Positions 37,251 to 49,270 of a DNA stretch of 64,000 bases are shown in pieces. The stretch is from Podarcis muralis (lineage: Eukaryota). Position numbers and translations under genes: made by a program. The notes below the pieces were generated by a model. It searched no databases. It saw nothing but the letters and a program-made list of their open reading frames with translations, and had not been told where the DNA came from. Each line of letters opens with the position of its first letter. The first letter of the stretch is position 1. The stretch covers positions 7,688,001-7,752,000 of the forward strand of contig NC_135662.1 of NCBI RefSeq assembly GCF_964188315.1, given 5' to 3'.

Positions 37251-37569
37251 GGCTTTATCTTTGTTTTAACAGGGAGTATAACTGTTCAATTGTGTCTCTG
37301 ATCCTGCATTTTGGAGCGGCCCTAGTCCAACTCAGATCTGAACCCCCAAATGCCCAGTCATGAAATTGCAGGAAGGGTGGGAGAGGGGAGGAATATCTCC
37401 TCCTCTCTCCCATACATATGCTTACTTTGAACTAGCACACCTGTTGGAAGATCTTTGGAGCTCCTCATCATTCCACCAACCCCATTCTTTGATTCCAAGC
37501 TGCTATAACATATTTCATAAAGGGTATTCTTTTAATTGGGGAGAAAGGGGATAATCAAAGGACTAAGAC

Positions 37570-37852
37570 AAGCATCATGTTGCTGTTGTCTAGCTGCTAC
37601 CATCCACCTGTCCCAGGAAACAATGGAAGATTTCACCTTTGTGGGTGAAGTCAAACTGTTGGAGAGTTACAGCGCCTGCTGTGGCTGTAGAGACCAATAC
37701 AGGAGAGACATGTTTTGTTGCAGTTGGGGCAGATGAAGGTATCCAGTTATGCTGCTGCAGATGTGATTCTTCTCTTTGTGCTCCTCCAAGTGGTCATTCT
37801 TCCTCTGGTCACTGCTGTGGATGCACAACCTGGCTATTTGTCTCCAGGCACT
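37570..37852 (-). mobile_element. RTE-clade LINE (non-BovB) 3' fragment running into the gap
   Basis: Reverse strand encodes FICPNCNKTCLSCIGLYSHSRRC, the C-terminal zinc finger typical of RTE ORF2, followed by a short UTR and a caacagcaac tail. Confidence 0.8.
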
Positions 37853-37980
37853 NNNNNNNNNNNNNNNNNNNNNNNNNNNNNNNNNNNNNNNNNNNNNNNN
37901 NNNNNNNNNNNNNNNNNNNNNNNNNNNNNNNNNNNNNNNNNNNNNNNNNNNNNNNNNNNNNNNNNNNNNNNNNNNNNNNN
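37853..37980. other. Assembly gap (N run)
   Basis: 128 Ns. Confidence 1.
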
Positions 37981-38203
37981 CCCGCTTTATCACTACCCAA
38001 AGGAGTCTCAAAGAGGCTAACATTCTCCTTTCCCTTCCTCCCCCACAACAAACACTCTGTGAGGTGGGTGGGGCTGAGAGACTTCAGAGAAGTGGGACTA
38101 GCCCAAGGTCACCCAGCAGCTGCATGTGGAAGAGCGGAGACGCGAACCCGGTTCCCCAGATTACGAGACTACCGCTCTTAACCACTACACCACACTGGCT
38201 CTC
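37981..38203 (-). mobile_element. tRNA-derived squamate SINE
   Basis: Same head and body as 33825-34037. Confidence 0.85.
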
Positions 38204-38241
38204 ACATGGTGGGTTTGACGTTGCCAGCCTTCGTGTCATGT

Positions 38242-40145
38242 TCAAAGACGAATTCAAACAAATAGCCAGCACGTGTAGACACAAAGTCAGAAAAGCTAAA
38301 GCACAAAATGAACTCAGGCTTGCTAGAGAGGTTAAAAGCAACAAAAAAGGCTTTTATGGGTATGTTCGTAGCAAAAGGAAGAACAAAGAAACCGTGGGGT
38401 CACTCAGAGGAGAAGATGGTGAAATGCAAACAGGGGACACAGAAAGGGCTGAACTCCTCAATGCCTTCTTTGCCTCAGTCTTCTCCAATAAAGAAAACAA
38501 TGCCCGACCTGAAGAATTTGGAGCAAATGATTCAGCAGAGGAAACACAGCCCAGAATAACTAAGGAGATAGTACAAGAATACTTGGCTAGTCTAGATGTA
38601 TTCAAGTCTCCAGGGCCAGATGAACTGCATCCAAGAGTATTAAAAGAACTGGCAGATGTGATTTCAGAACCACTGGCAGTCATCTTTGAGAATTCCTGGA
38701 GAACAGGCGAAGTCCCGGCAGACTGGAGGAGGGCAAATGTTGTCCCTATTTTCAAAAAGGGGAAAAGAGAGGACCCAAATAATTACTGCCCAGTCAGTCT
38801 GTCATCAATACCAGGGAAGATTCTGGAGAAGATCATTAAGCAAACAGTCTGTGAGCACCTAGAAAGGAATGCTGTGATCACCAATAGTCAGCATGGATTT
38901 CTGAAAAATAAGTCATGTCAGACTAACCTGATCTCGTTTTTTGACAGAATTACAAGCCTGGTAGATGAAGGGAACGCAGTGGATGTAGTCTACCTTGATT
39001 TCAGCAAGGCATTTGACAAGGTGCCCCATGATATTCTTGTAAAGAAGCTGGTAAAATGCGGTCTTGACTATGCTACCACTCAGTGGATTTGTAACTGGCT
39101 GACTGACCGAACCCAAAGGGTGCTCATCAATGGTTCCTCTTCATCCTGGAGAAGAGTGACTAGTGGGGTGCCACAGGGTTCTGTCTTGGGCCCGGTCTTA
39201 TTCAACATCTTTATCAACGACTTGGATGATGGACTCAAGGGCATCCTGATCAAATTTGCAGATGATACCAAACTGGGAGGGGTGGCTAACACCCCAGAGG
39301 ACAGGATCACACTTCAAAACGACCTTGACAGATTAGAGAACTGGGCCAAAACAAACAAGATGAATTTTAACAGGGAGAAATGTAAAGTATTGCACTTGGG
39401 CAAAAAAAATGAGAGGCACAAATACAAGATGGGTGACACCTGGCTTGAGAGCAGTACATGTGAAAAGGATCTAGGAGTCTTGGTTGACCACAAACTTGAC
39501 ATGAGCCAACAGTGTGACGCGGCAGCTAAAAAAGCCAATGCAATTCTGGGCCTCATCAATAGGAGTATAGCATCTAGATCAAGGGAAGTAATAGTGCCAC
39601 TGTATTCTGCTCTGGTCAGACCTCACCTGGAGTACTGTGTCCAGTTCTGGGCACCACAGTTCAAGAAGGACACTGACAAACTGGAACGTGTCCAGAGGAG
39701 GGCAACCAAAATGGTCAAAGGCCTGGAAATGATGCCTTATGAGGAACGGCTAAGGGAGCTGGGCATGTTTAGCCTGGAGAAGAGGAGGTTAAGGGGTGAT
39801 ATGATAGCCATGTTCAAATATATAAAAGGATGTCACATAGAGGAGGGAGAAAGGCTGTTTTCTGCTGCTCCAGAGAAGCGGACACGGAGCAATGGATCCA
39901 AACTACAAGAAAGAAGATTCCACCTAAACATTAGGAAGAACTTCCTGACAGTAAGAGCTGTTCGACAGTGGAATTTGCTGCCAAGGAGTGTGGTGGAGTC
40001 TCCTTCTTTGGAGGTCTTTAAGCAGAGGCTTGACAACCATATGTCAGGAGTGCTCTGATGGTGTTTCCTGCTTGGCAGGGGGTTGGACTCGATGGCCCTT
40101 GTGGTCTCTTCCAACTCTATGATTCTATGATTCTATGATTCTATG
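38242..40145 (+). mobile_element. CR1 LINE, 5'-truncated, uninterrupted RT-containing ORF2 portion (stop at 40058)
   Basis: [45 protein letters not shown], and an (ATTCTATG)n tail at 40118-40145. Confidence 0.97.
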
Positions 40146-40511
40146 TTTGCAGATATCTTTGGACTGAAGAGTTGGCCTGTCAATGGGCCAGGTGTCTGAA
40201 GCTAGCTCCCAATAGAGCACATCATTGGGGATCATGTAATACATTGGGGGGGGGGGTTGTCAAGTGAATGCCTAATAGCTAAAGTTGGGGTTCCCCTAAT
40301 GCTTTTGAGTAAGGAAGGTGCTATGGAAAAGTCCTTTTTATCTTCACAAGGAAACCAGCAGCCCAGAGCAAAGGATGAGAGTGAAAGGAAAAGTAACTGA
40401 ATTAAAACTTGGCGATGGGGAAGAGGAAAATGAGGCAAATCGCTGGATTCTCCAGCAGACCCCACAAGGCCAATCACATGGTCACTCACCTTGTTATAGA
40501 CTTTGGGGGGG

Positions 40512-40895
40512 GGGGAGCACGTTGGTGGCGCTTTGGTCTAAACCACTGAGCTTCTTGGGTTTGCCAGTCAGAAGGTCAGCGGTTTGAATCCCCGCGACGG
40601 GGTGAGCTCCCGTTGCTCTGTCCCAGCTCCTGCCAACCTAGCAGCTCGAAAGCACACCAGTGCAAGTAGATAAATAGGTAGCACTGCAGCAGGAAGGTAA
40701 ACAGCATTTCCATGCACTCTGGCTTCCGTCACAGTGTTCCGTTGTGGCAGAAGTGGTTTAGTCATGCTGGCCACATGACCTGTGGAGAAATGCCGGCTTC
40801 CTTGGCCTGAAAGAGAGATGAGCACCACAACTCCATAGATGCCTTTGACTGGACTTAACAGCCCAGAGGTCCTTTACCTATTTTTTTAACCTTTA
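40512..40895 (+). mobile_element. Sauria SINE
   Basis: ggtggcgct...gcaagtagataaataggta...cctttacc. Confidence 0.88.
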
Positions 40896-41324
40896 GACAT
40901 TGGGAATCACCAGTAGGTCTGCCATCCTCCCTCTGTATCCCACCAAATCTTACATCTAGGGTTCTTCTTAGGCCACAGGTTGTGGCCTTGGTGCTGAATG
41001 GATGGTACCCCATATGGTGGCTACCTCTGGCCTCTTGCTGAGAGGCAGAAGGTGGTTACCAGCAGCATGGAGGTGCCTCCTCCCTTGTTAGGGATGGGGG
41101 TGCCCAGTCTCACACCACAACCAACAGAGGGCCGGATCCACATTCAGGGTAAGGGGGCTGCATACTGCTGTTGACACCCCAGGGGGATTTCCTTCCCAAG
41201 TCTTGTCACCATTTAATCATGGATATGTCAATTGGTCAGCATTATATTTGAGGAGTACCTCATCCAGCCTTGGCAGCAGGTGATCATTTTTATGCATCAT
41301 GTTTATGGATATTTTTTTTTTTTT

Positions 41325-41972
41325 CATTTTCTGTTGCATGAGATTTTTCAACTGTTCTTATATGTTCTTTCAATGCTGAATTCAAATCTGAAATCGATTT
41401 TCGTGTACATGCTATGGTTATCTTTCAATTTCTGACTTTTGCCGATATGTCATATTTACACTGGGGATAAGTGGACACTGACACATTGGTCTACCCTAAC
41501 CACATGGTAATTATTGTTTTGCAAACTTAATTTTTCTTTATTTTTATAGTTTTGTAACCTAAATATTTGTATTTTTCAGATCGGACCATGGCTTCTTCAA
41601 GTAGACAAAAATGTGTAATGTGTATACTGTGTATTCCAAGGGAATACTTTTTTTGCTTACCTCCAACTGTACATAGATATACACGTCATTTTCAATGCTA
41701 TACATGTCATGTTCAATGCTATATAAGTCACTTACATTTATACTCATATTGTACTACTTTGGCTATGTGTTTAATAAAATATTGGATTCTTGCATTGTGA
41801 ATAACAAAGATTAGGTTGAAAAGTGAAAAACATGAACTACAAAAAAAACACAAAAAAACACTAGAGCTTACAGAACAAAACCAACTTCAGATATGAAATC
41901 AGCACATTGAAATTAGGTTAGAACAACTGCAAGTGTCAATGCAACAAAAATTTTGTTCCCCAGTGTTATTTG
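41325..41972. mobile_element. Non-autonomous DNA transposon relic with long imperfect terminal inverted repeats
   Basis: 41325-41420 (gttgcatg...ttcaatgctgaattcaaatctgaaatc) resembles the reverse complement of 41870-41965. An internal acceptor and ATG read tttttcag|atcggaccATGGCTTCTTCAAGT. Superfamily not determined. Confidence 0.5.
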
Positions 41973-42383
41973 AGAGCATTCACATCATGGGGATTTTCCT
42001 GATTGAAGCTTCCTCTGATTTCTGAGTGCTCCACCCCATGCTTTGTCAAATCCATATATTTAAGGAGATTATGTTCCCTTCAGATCTTGAACCTACCACC
42101 TTTTCTTCTCTCTGTATCATTTAATACTGATCATAGGCTGCATGCACACCACACATTCAAAGCACATAATTTCTCTCAAAGAATCCTCCCAACTGTAGTT
42201 GTTGGAGGGTGCTGGGAACTGTGGCTCTGTGAGGGATAACTTACAGTTTCCTGAATTGTTTGGGAGAAGGCATGTGCTTGAATTGTGCATTAAATGTATG
42301 GTGGGTAGGCATCCCTAGTGGCGAGCTCTTTGGACTTAAAAGCCTTTTGCACAGATGCACACAATTTATAAATTTTACATATA

Positions 42384-42643
42384 CAGTGGTAACTCTGGTT
42401 GTGAACGGGATCCGTTCCAGAGGCCCATTCGCAATGGGAAAAGAACAAAACCTGCAGCATCGTGTCTGCGCACGTGTGGGTTGTGATTCGCTGCTTCTGC
42501 ACATGTGCATGATGTCATTTTGTGTGTCTGTGCATGCGCGAGCAGCGAAACCCGGAAGTAACCCTTTCTGGTACTTCCGGGTCGCCGCGGGACATAACCT
42601 GAAAGAACGTAACAGGAAGCGGACGTAACATGAGGTATGATTG
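42384..42643. mobile_element. Tigger-like MITE (second subfamily)
   Basis: TA-flanked, cagtggtaactc ... gaggtatgattg ends, internal aacccggaagta. Related element at 54411-54600. Confidence 0.65.
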
Positions 42644-42714
42644 TATACAATGTGGAGAGATAAAGAGAGGGCAAGCATGGCCAATGGCCAGGGATGATGA
42701 GAATTGTAGTTCAG

Positions 42715-42930
42715 CACCATATCTTAAGGACTGTCATATGGAAGATAGAGCAAGCTTGCTCTTGCTACAGAGCATAGGACTCGAACCAACGGCTTTAAGT
42801 TACCAGAAAGGAAATTCCTACTAAGCATCAGGAATAATTTTTTGATGTTAAGAACTGTTTGACAGTGGGATGGACTGCCTTGGGAGGTTCTGGACTTTCC
42901 ATCACTAGGTGTTTTAAAGGAGAGGTGTGT
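42715..42930 (+). mobile_element. Old CR1 3' fragment
   Basis: YLKDCHMED... and the gacagtgggatggactgcc...ccatcact block, homologous to the end of CR1 ORF2. Confidence 0.7.
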
Positions 42931-42996
42931 GTGTGGGGGGGTATCTCTCATGGATGCTTTAAGCTGAGATGCCTTCATTGGACTAGATGCCTCTAA

Positions 42997-43366
42997 AAAG
43001 GTAAAAGTAAAGAACCCCTGACCGTTAAGTCCAGTTGCAAACGACTCTGGGGTTGCAGTGCTCATCTCACTTTACTGGCCGAGGGAGCCGGCGTTTGTCT
43101 GCAGACAGGTTTTCCGGGTCATGTGGCCAGCATGACTAAGCCGCTTCTGGTGAAACCAGAGCAGCGCACGGAAACGCTGTTTACCTTCTCGCCGAAGCGA
43201 TACCTATTTATCTATTTGCACTTTGACATGCTTTCAAACTGCTAGGTTGGCAGGAACTGGGACCGAGCAACGGGAGCTCACCCCGTCATGGGGATTCAAA
43301 CTGCTGACCTTCCCATCGGCAAGCCCAAGGCTCAGTGGTTTACATCACAGCACCACCCATGTCCCT
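42997..43366 (-). mobile_element. Sauria SINE
   Basis: aaggtaaa tail, tacctatttatctatttgcac core, on the reverse strand. Confidence 0.88.
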
Positions 43367-45909
43367 TAGATGACTCGGGGGGGGGTGTCTATTGGTCTAT
43401 GATTCTATGGAGGGTCAAAGGTTCCTCACTCATGTATGAAGGGGTGTATTCAACTAAATTTCAATCAGAGTAGATTTACTAAAATTAATAGACCCTAGTC
43501 AGTTGTGACCATTAATTTCAATAGGTCTACTCTGGGTAAAGGTTAATTGACTACTGCTCCAAGTAACCACACACACCAATCTGGATGGCAGATTCTTGAT
43601 TGAAAGAAGCATGTTGAGAATGAGCATGAATGATTTTGTATCAATTAAAAAATGCATTTTTGTGTGTGCTATAAACAGGTAAGCCAAACTTGCATCAGGG
43701 AAAAAACTATTCAGAATCTTCCTTCTGGAAGGCAAAGGGTATTATATAGGGCCATAAAGTATCTTTAATCCTTGTTTTCTGCTTGCAGAAACATATGAGA
43801 CAAAACTAGGGGGCACCAGCTGATATCTCTCTGCACCTCACAACAGATGCCTCTGATCAAAGCTGCCCCAAAAATAAGAACCTGGGAATTTTCTACAAGG
43901 GTGGAGTGGCGGCTCCAGCCATCAAGCCACAGCTGAGCTACCTCCCAAAATATTCCTGCCATGGGCCTTTTAATTTAGACCACAAGCTAGAAAGCAATTT
44001 GGTAAGAATCTTCTCATCTCAAAATAACATTCCGCCCCCCCTCCAAATCTGATAAGATGCATAGCCTGCCTCCCCATTGTTTCCCCTCTCTTCAGCTTAA
44101 ACCTCAGCTCAAAATACCTGAATCTGTATTTTCAAAGGGGGAGGAGGTTTTTTTTTTTACAGACCTAGGGTCATATTTCTATCCATCCAACACCCCTCCT
44201 TCTCCCCTGCACAGTAAGTTATTTCAGAAGCAGCTATAAAAAGACCAAAATACTTAGCCAAGTGGGGCTAAAATTGGCTTGGGAGCTCTCAGTCTCGGTT
44301 TTTCTCCTTCACCTTCTCTAATAGAGAAACTTGTGCCTTTTATTCCTTCATTTTCCCTTTTCTTTTCATCCGCTTGCTGGTCTCTTCCTTCTCTTTCTAA
44401 TTTCTTTTGATTCAAACCAACACCAATGAATTCTATCTCTCTCAGTTCTTTCTCACCTGGTTGATAGGTGAGACATCTGCTGGGGAAGGTGATGATCAAA
44501 GGTGGTGATCAACTCTGGATTGAGTTATGCTCCTCTTTAAGATCAAGGTTGGACTCAGGGTTCTTGGTGGACTCTTGGGGTCCTCCTAGATAGTTGATGG
44601 AGGATTAGGTATTGCAGTGGCTTGGTGGGTCTTCCACCAGTTCAGCTGGGATTCCAGGTATGGACCGCTCTTGGGCACAAGTAGCCTAGCCATTATGATT
44701 TATGCTGTAGTTAGACTACTGTTATGCCAGCATGACCAAACCTGGCCCTCCAGCTCTTTTGGGACTACAGTTCCCACCATCCCTGACCACTGGTCCTATT
44801 AGCTAGGGATGATGGGAGTTGTAGTCTCAAAACAGCTGGAGGGCCAAGTTTGGCCATGCCTGTGTTATGCATTTAACATAGGGCTATCTTAGAAGACTGG
44901 CCATCTTAAAATACAGCTACTAGCCACTGCTTTGTGGGCAGTGGTGAAGCTGCATGCTCCACTACTGAGGGCGGAGAGAAGGTGGGGGTGTGGCTGGCAC
45001 CCCCGGGGGCGTGGCAGGCATCCCAGGGGCGTGACGCGCCACCTGTGGGGGCGTGGCTCCCGGCGCCCGAGGGGGTGAGTGGCGTGTGTCCGGGAGGGGG
45101 GCGCTGTGATGGCAACCTACTAGAATAGTGGTGCCGGGGGTGGTCCGCTCCCTCCGCACTCCCATTCCTCTGCCAGTGTTTGTGGGACCAGTTATTGTGA
45201 ACATATCTCACCATGGTATAAACAGATTCACTGATCCTTGAGCCATTTCTTAGCACAATCCAAAGTCTTGGTGCTTACCTTCTGAAGCCGGATATAGGCT
45301 TGGTGACTGAATGAGCACAAATACTTCCATGTCATCCACCTGTGCACTCAGGTCTACACCAGAGACCTGGGTGTCCTACCATTAATGGTGATACCTGGGG
45401 GAAGGAAGGATCTTCTTAGTGGTGGCACCCAATGTATTGAAAGTGCTCTCCAGAGAGGTTCAGAAAGTGGCCCATCTCAGAACTGAGCAAAGAGCATTTT
45501 AATTTTTTTCACCCTGAAAATTTGTAGATGTGATTAATTTACCCCTCTGTGCTCATTGTATTTAAGTTTTGCAATGTGCTTGCTTTTATTGTTGTAACCA
45601 CTGCAAGCAAAATAATAATAATAATAACATATTTGTACTCTGCCCATCTGGCTGGTTTCCCAGCAACTCTGGGCGGGTTCCAACAGAGACTCAAAATACA
45701 TTAAAATATCAGTCATTAAAAACTTCCCTAAACATGGCACATTACACACACACACACACACAAATATATGAATGTGATGAAAACATTTAACTTTTGCTTT
45801 TATTCTACTGTTTCTCTTTTATTTAATGTGGTCCTCAGATCAAATTTTAAAATAATACTTACGACTAATTTGGGAGTGTTCTTACAACTTTAAAGGGGCT
45901 TGTTGTCTG

Positions 45910-47520
45910 TAAGTGAGCTCCACCTGCCAAACCTAGTTCCTGAATGTTCCTTTCTAGTCATGTATTCTTTACATGCCCCACAGTTGATATCACATATGAT
46001 ATCATGTGTGTGACAGGCAGATGATGTTTGGGAGAAACAGCCTTACCACAAAATTAGGTCTCGTTTGACCTGCTGGCTGGAGGCTCCCCATGCCTAGCAC
46101 ACCTTTTCGCCCACCTAATACCCTGCAAACTCCAACTCCCACTCTCCACAGCCAGCATGACTAATGGTCAGGGATGATGAGAATTGTAGTCCAAATCATC
46201 TGGAGAATGCCAGGTGGGAGATGCTGGTCTGCACTGACTGGCAGCACCTGTCCACCTTTTCAGGCAGGGATTTTCCCAGTCCTACCTGCAGATACCAAGA
46301 ATGACACCTGGGACCTTCTCCATGCAAACCGAGAACTGGTTCCTCCTTTTCTTCCTCTAACTAAGAAGGCCCCCAGTGCAAAATGTAAGAAAACTAAATC
46401 CTCTACCTTTGGACTCTTGGCAGCCAAAATGTTACAGTTGAGGATATTGTCCCAGAACTGCTTGACTTGGGACCCTGCATAGAAGATAATGATTCCCATC
46501 CCCACAATCCAAACTCTCTCCTTTTCTCTTTCTTCCTCAGCTGCTAATTCCCTTCCCGCTCCATTCCCAGAGACAAATCCTTACCGCTTCCCTTTCTGTT
46601 CCGCATTCTACCTGTCCCGCGATCTCTCTCAGGGCAAACCTAGGACCTGCAAAGTGCAAATGAAGTCTGCATCCATTAGGCACACTCCCTAGAAAAGGGC
46701 GTTTAGGGTTGCCTAGGATTTGAGACAATCCCCGATGTCCCTTCAGGCTCTTTCTTCTCTTAAGGCTTCCTTCCTCACCCGCAAGGTCCCTTCCAGCTTC
46801 CCCTCTGCATCGGTTCGCACACACCCTTCATTCCCGCTACAGACCCCTCCCAAAAACACCACCTCCTCACTTCCCTGGCCCCCTCGCCTTCCCATCCTTC
46901 CAAACTTAGCCGCACTCTGAGCAACAAGGGCGCAGCGCTCTGTCCCGGGTGCTGCTGCTGCTGCTACTGTGGAAATTCTGGAGTTTTAACTACTACTTCA
47001 TTTGTTCCCGTCTTTCATTTCTCTCCCTCTCCCTTTCTCTCTTAACTCAGTATCCGTTTTTCAAGACAGCGTCTTCAAGTCTCTGGAAAGTAGGATGGAG
47101 AGAGATTTCCCCCCTCCTCCCTTTTCATGTTAAAGTTCCCCCACAACACCCTGCTGGGTTTGGCTTGCCTTGCGTTTATTCCCCAAGCCTCCTTTAGGAG
47201 AGCAAGTTTCTGACCAGGCTACAAGTGCATCATCTCTCGGTGCTGGAAGTAACTCAGTTCAACTGGGGCTGGAGGATCTCCGCTGCCTTTTCTCCTGCAG
47301 GTAAGAGGAACGATTGTAATTACAGAAGTGAAACTCTCTGGAACAACCAGAAGACGACTGATATCTGGTGCTATCTTTTGTCCTGGGACGAGGTGGTGGT
47401 GGTGGAATAAAACAGAACCTCTGACCTTCGTGGATGTGAATGTGTGTCTTGATGATAAGAATAGGAACCACAAATTTTTAGACACTAGAAGGAAGGGGTT
47501 TTTTTTGGTTTTTTTAAAGT
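45910..47520 (+). repeat. Right arm of the inverted duplication; donor cctgcag|gtaag at 47301
   Basis: Paired pseudo-ORFs MMRIVVQIIWRMPGGRCW (32940-33422 minus, 46174-46482 plus) and LSVLEVTQFN (32220-32417 minus, 47225-47410 plus) show the homology. Confidence 0.85.
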
Positions 47521-47554
47521 CTAAGGATGTAATCCAAACCCAATTTACACAGGA

Positions 47555-47765
47555 TTGAGCCCTGTTGAAATCAATACCCCATGAATTCTGAGTAGACATG
47601 AGTGGAACCCTAATCCCACTTACTCGGGAGTAAGTTCCATTGAATTAAATAGCACTAACTTCAGAGTAGATGTGGGTGTATACCTGCTAGTCTATGTCTA
47701 GCCCTGCTTACACAGGAGTAAGCCCCATTGAATTCAATAGGACTAACTTCTGAGTAGACGTGGTA
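47555..47765. repeat. Three adjacent copies of a short palindromic interspersed repeat (ggagtaag.cccattgaa.tcaat.g.act.acttctgagtaga)
   Basis: Unit visible at ~47560, 47628 and 47716, and also at 35645 and 59633. Confidence 0.65.
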
Positions 47766-48185
47766 AGGGTAGCAGCCTAGGAGTGGAAACAGAAGGTAGC
47801 CAAGCTAATGTTAATCTGGAAAAGTCTAGTGAGTTTTATTGAACCAATGAGGAGAAACATCCTAGTTTAATTTTTTTTCAACAAAATTGTTTCTGGTATA
47901 AGAACACACAGGAGATGCCTAAGGATAGTGTTTTTCAGTGGATGCTTTTTGCATAATACAGATTTCTCTCCCATCCAAACAACTGCTTCTAAGACGCTAA
48001 CTGATATGTGAGCATTATAACCAATGGAATAAATAAATAAGACTACATTAAGCTATACATGGGTTGCAATTTCCACCTTGGGTAATGACACCGCTTCAGC
48101 AAAGTTCCACAGTAAAGCAGGCAAAATATAGATTATTAAAGGTTCAAAAGTGGTTTTCATTTGTACTTATAACTACAATTAATTA

Positions 48186-48400
48186 CAGTGGTACCTAGGG
48201 TTACAGATGCTTCAGGTTACAGACTCCGCTAACCCAGAAATAGTATCTCGGGCTAAGAACTTTGCTTCAGGATGAGAACAGAAATTGCGTGGCAGCAGCG
48301 GGAGGCCCCATTAGCTAAAGTGGTAGCTCAGGTTAAGAACAGTTTCAGGTTAAGAACAGGCCTCCAGAATGAATTAAGTTCTTAACCCGAGGTGCCACTG
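48186..48400. mobile_element. Tigger-like MITE
   Basis: TA-cagtggtacct...gaggtgccactg-TA. Confidence 0.85.
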
Positions 48401-48669
48401 TATATGAAGCCTTCTTTGGTTTCAACGTGAATGTAAGAACAGTCTGCCAAATAGGAAAAACTCACCTCTCTGTTAGAGACAGCAAATGTGGGTGCTGTTC
48501 CCACTGTCATTGGGACAAGGGTAGCCAACATTGTGCCCTCTAAATATTGTGGACTATAACTCCCATCATCCCTGACCATTGGTCTTGCTGATTGAGGCTG
48601 ATAGGAATTGTAGTCTGGCAATATCTGGTAAGGGTCACATTGTTCTAGGGATATCTTGCAGTATAGAGT

Positions 48670-48977
48670 TGGTTCGAATCCCCGCGACGGGGTGAGTTCC
48701 CGTTGCTCAGTCGCAGCTCCTGCCAACCTAGCAGTTTGAAAGCTCATCAAAGTGCAAGTAGATAAATAGGTACCACTCCAGCGGGAAGGTAAACAGCGTT
48801 TCCGTGCACTGCTCTGGTTTCACCAGAAGCGGCTTAGTCATGCTCACCACATGACCCGGAAAAACTGTCTGTAGACAAATGTCGGCTCCCTTGGCCAATA
48901 AAGTGAGATGAGCACCGCAACCCCAGAGTCGTTCGCAACTGGACTCAACTGTCAGGGGTCCTTTATCTTTACCTTTA
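48670..48977 (+). mobile_element. Sauria SINE, 5'-truncated
   Basis: ggttcgaatcccgcgacggggtgag...gcaagtagataaataggtacc...ctttaccttta. Confidence 0.85.
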
Positions 48978-49025
48978 GAGTTGGAAAACACCTTGAGGCC
49001 ATCAAATCAAATCCTTCTTAACTTT

Positions 49026-49270
49026 TCATGCCCAGAACACGACACGGTACCCAGTTGGGGTCTGACCAAGACAGACTAGAGTGGGACTATGACTTCCCTT
49101 GAACTGGACACTATACTTCTGTTGACACAGCCTAGAATAGCACTGTTGACTCATGTTAAGCTTGTGGTCTACCAAGACGCCTAGATCCTGTTCACATATA
49201 CTGCTAGTAAGCCAGGTGTCCCCCATCCTATATTTGTGCATCTGGTTCTTCCTGCATAAGTACAGAACCT
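49026..49270 (-). mobile_element. CR1 ORF2 internal fragment
   Basis: [33 protein letters not shown] matches the intact CR1 at ~39420-39520. Confidence 0.85.

Noticed and set aside
37776-40058. 760-aa ORF as a host gene
   Set aside because: Chimeric: it reads through an N-gap and an antisense SINE into CR1 ORF2. Only the part from ~38242 is real retroelement coding sequence.
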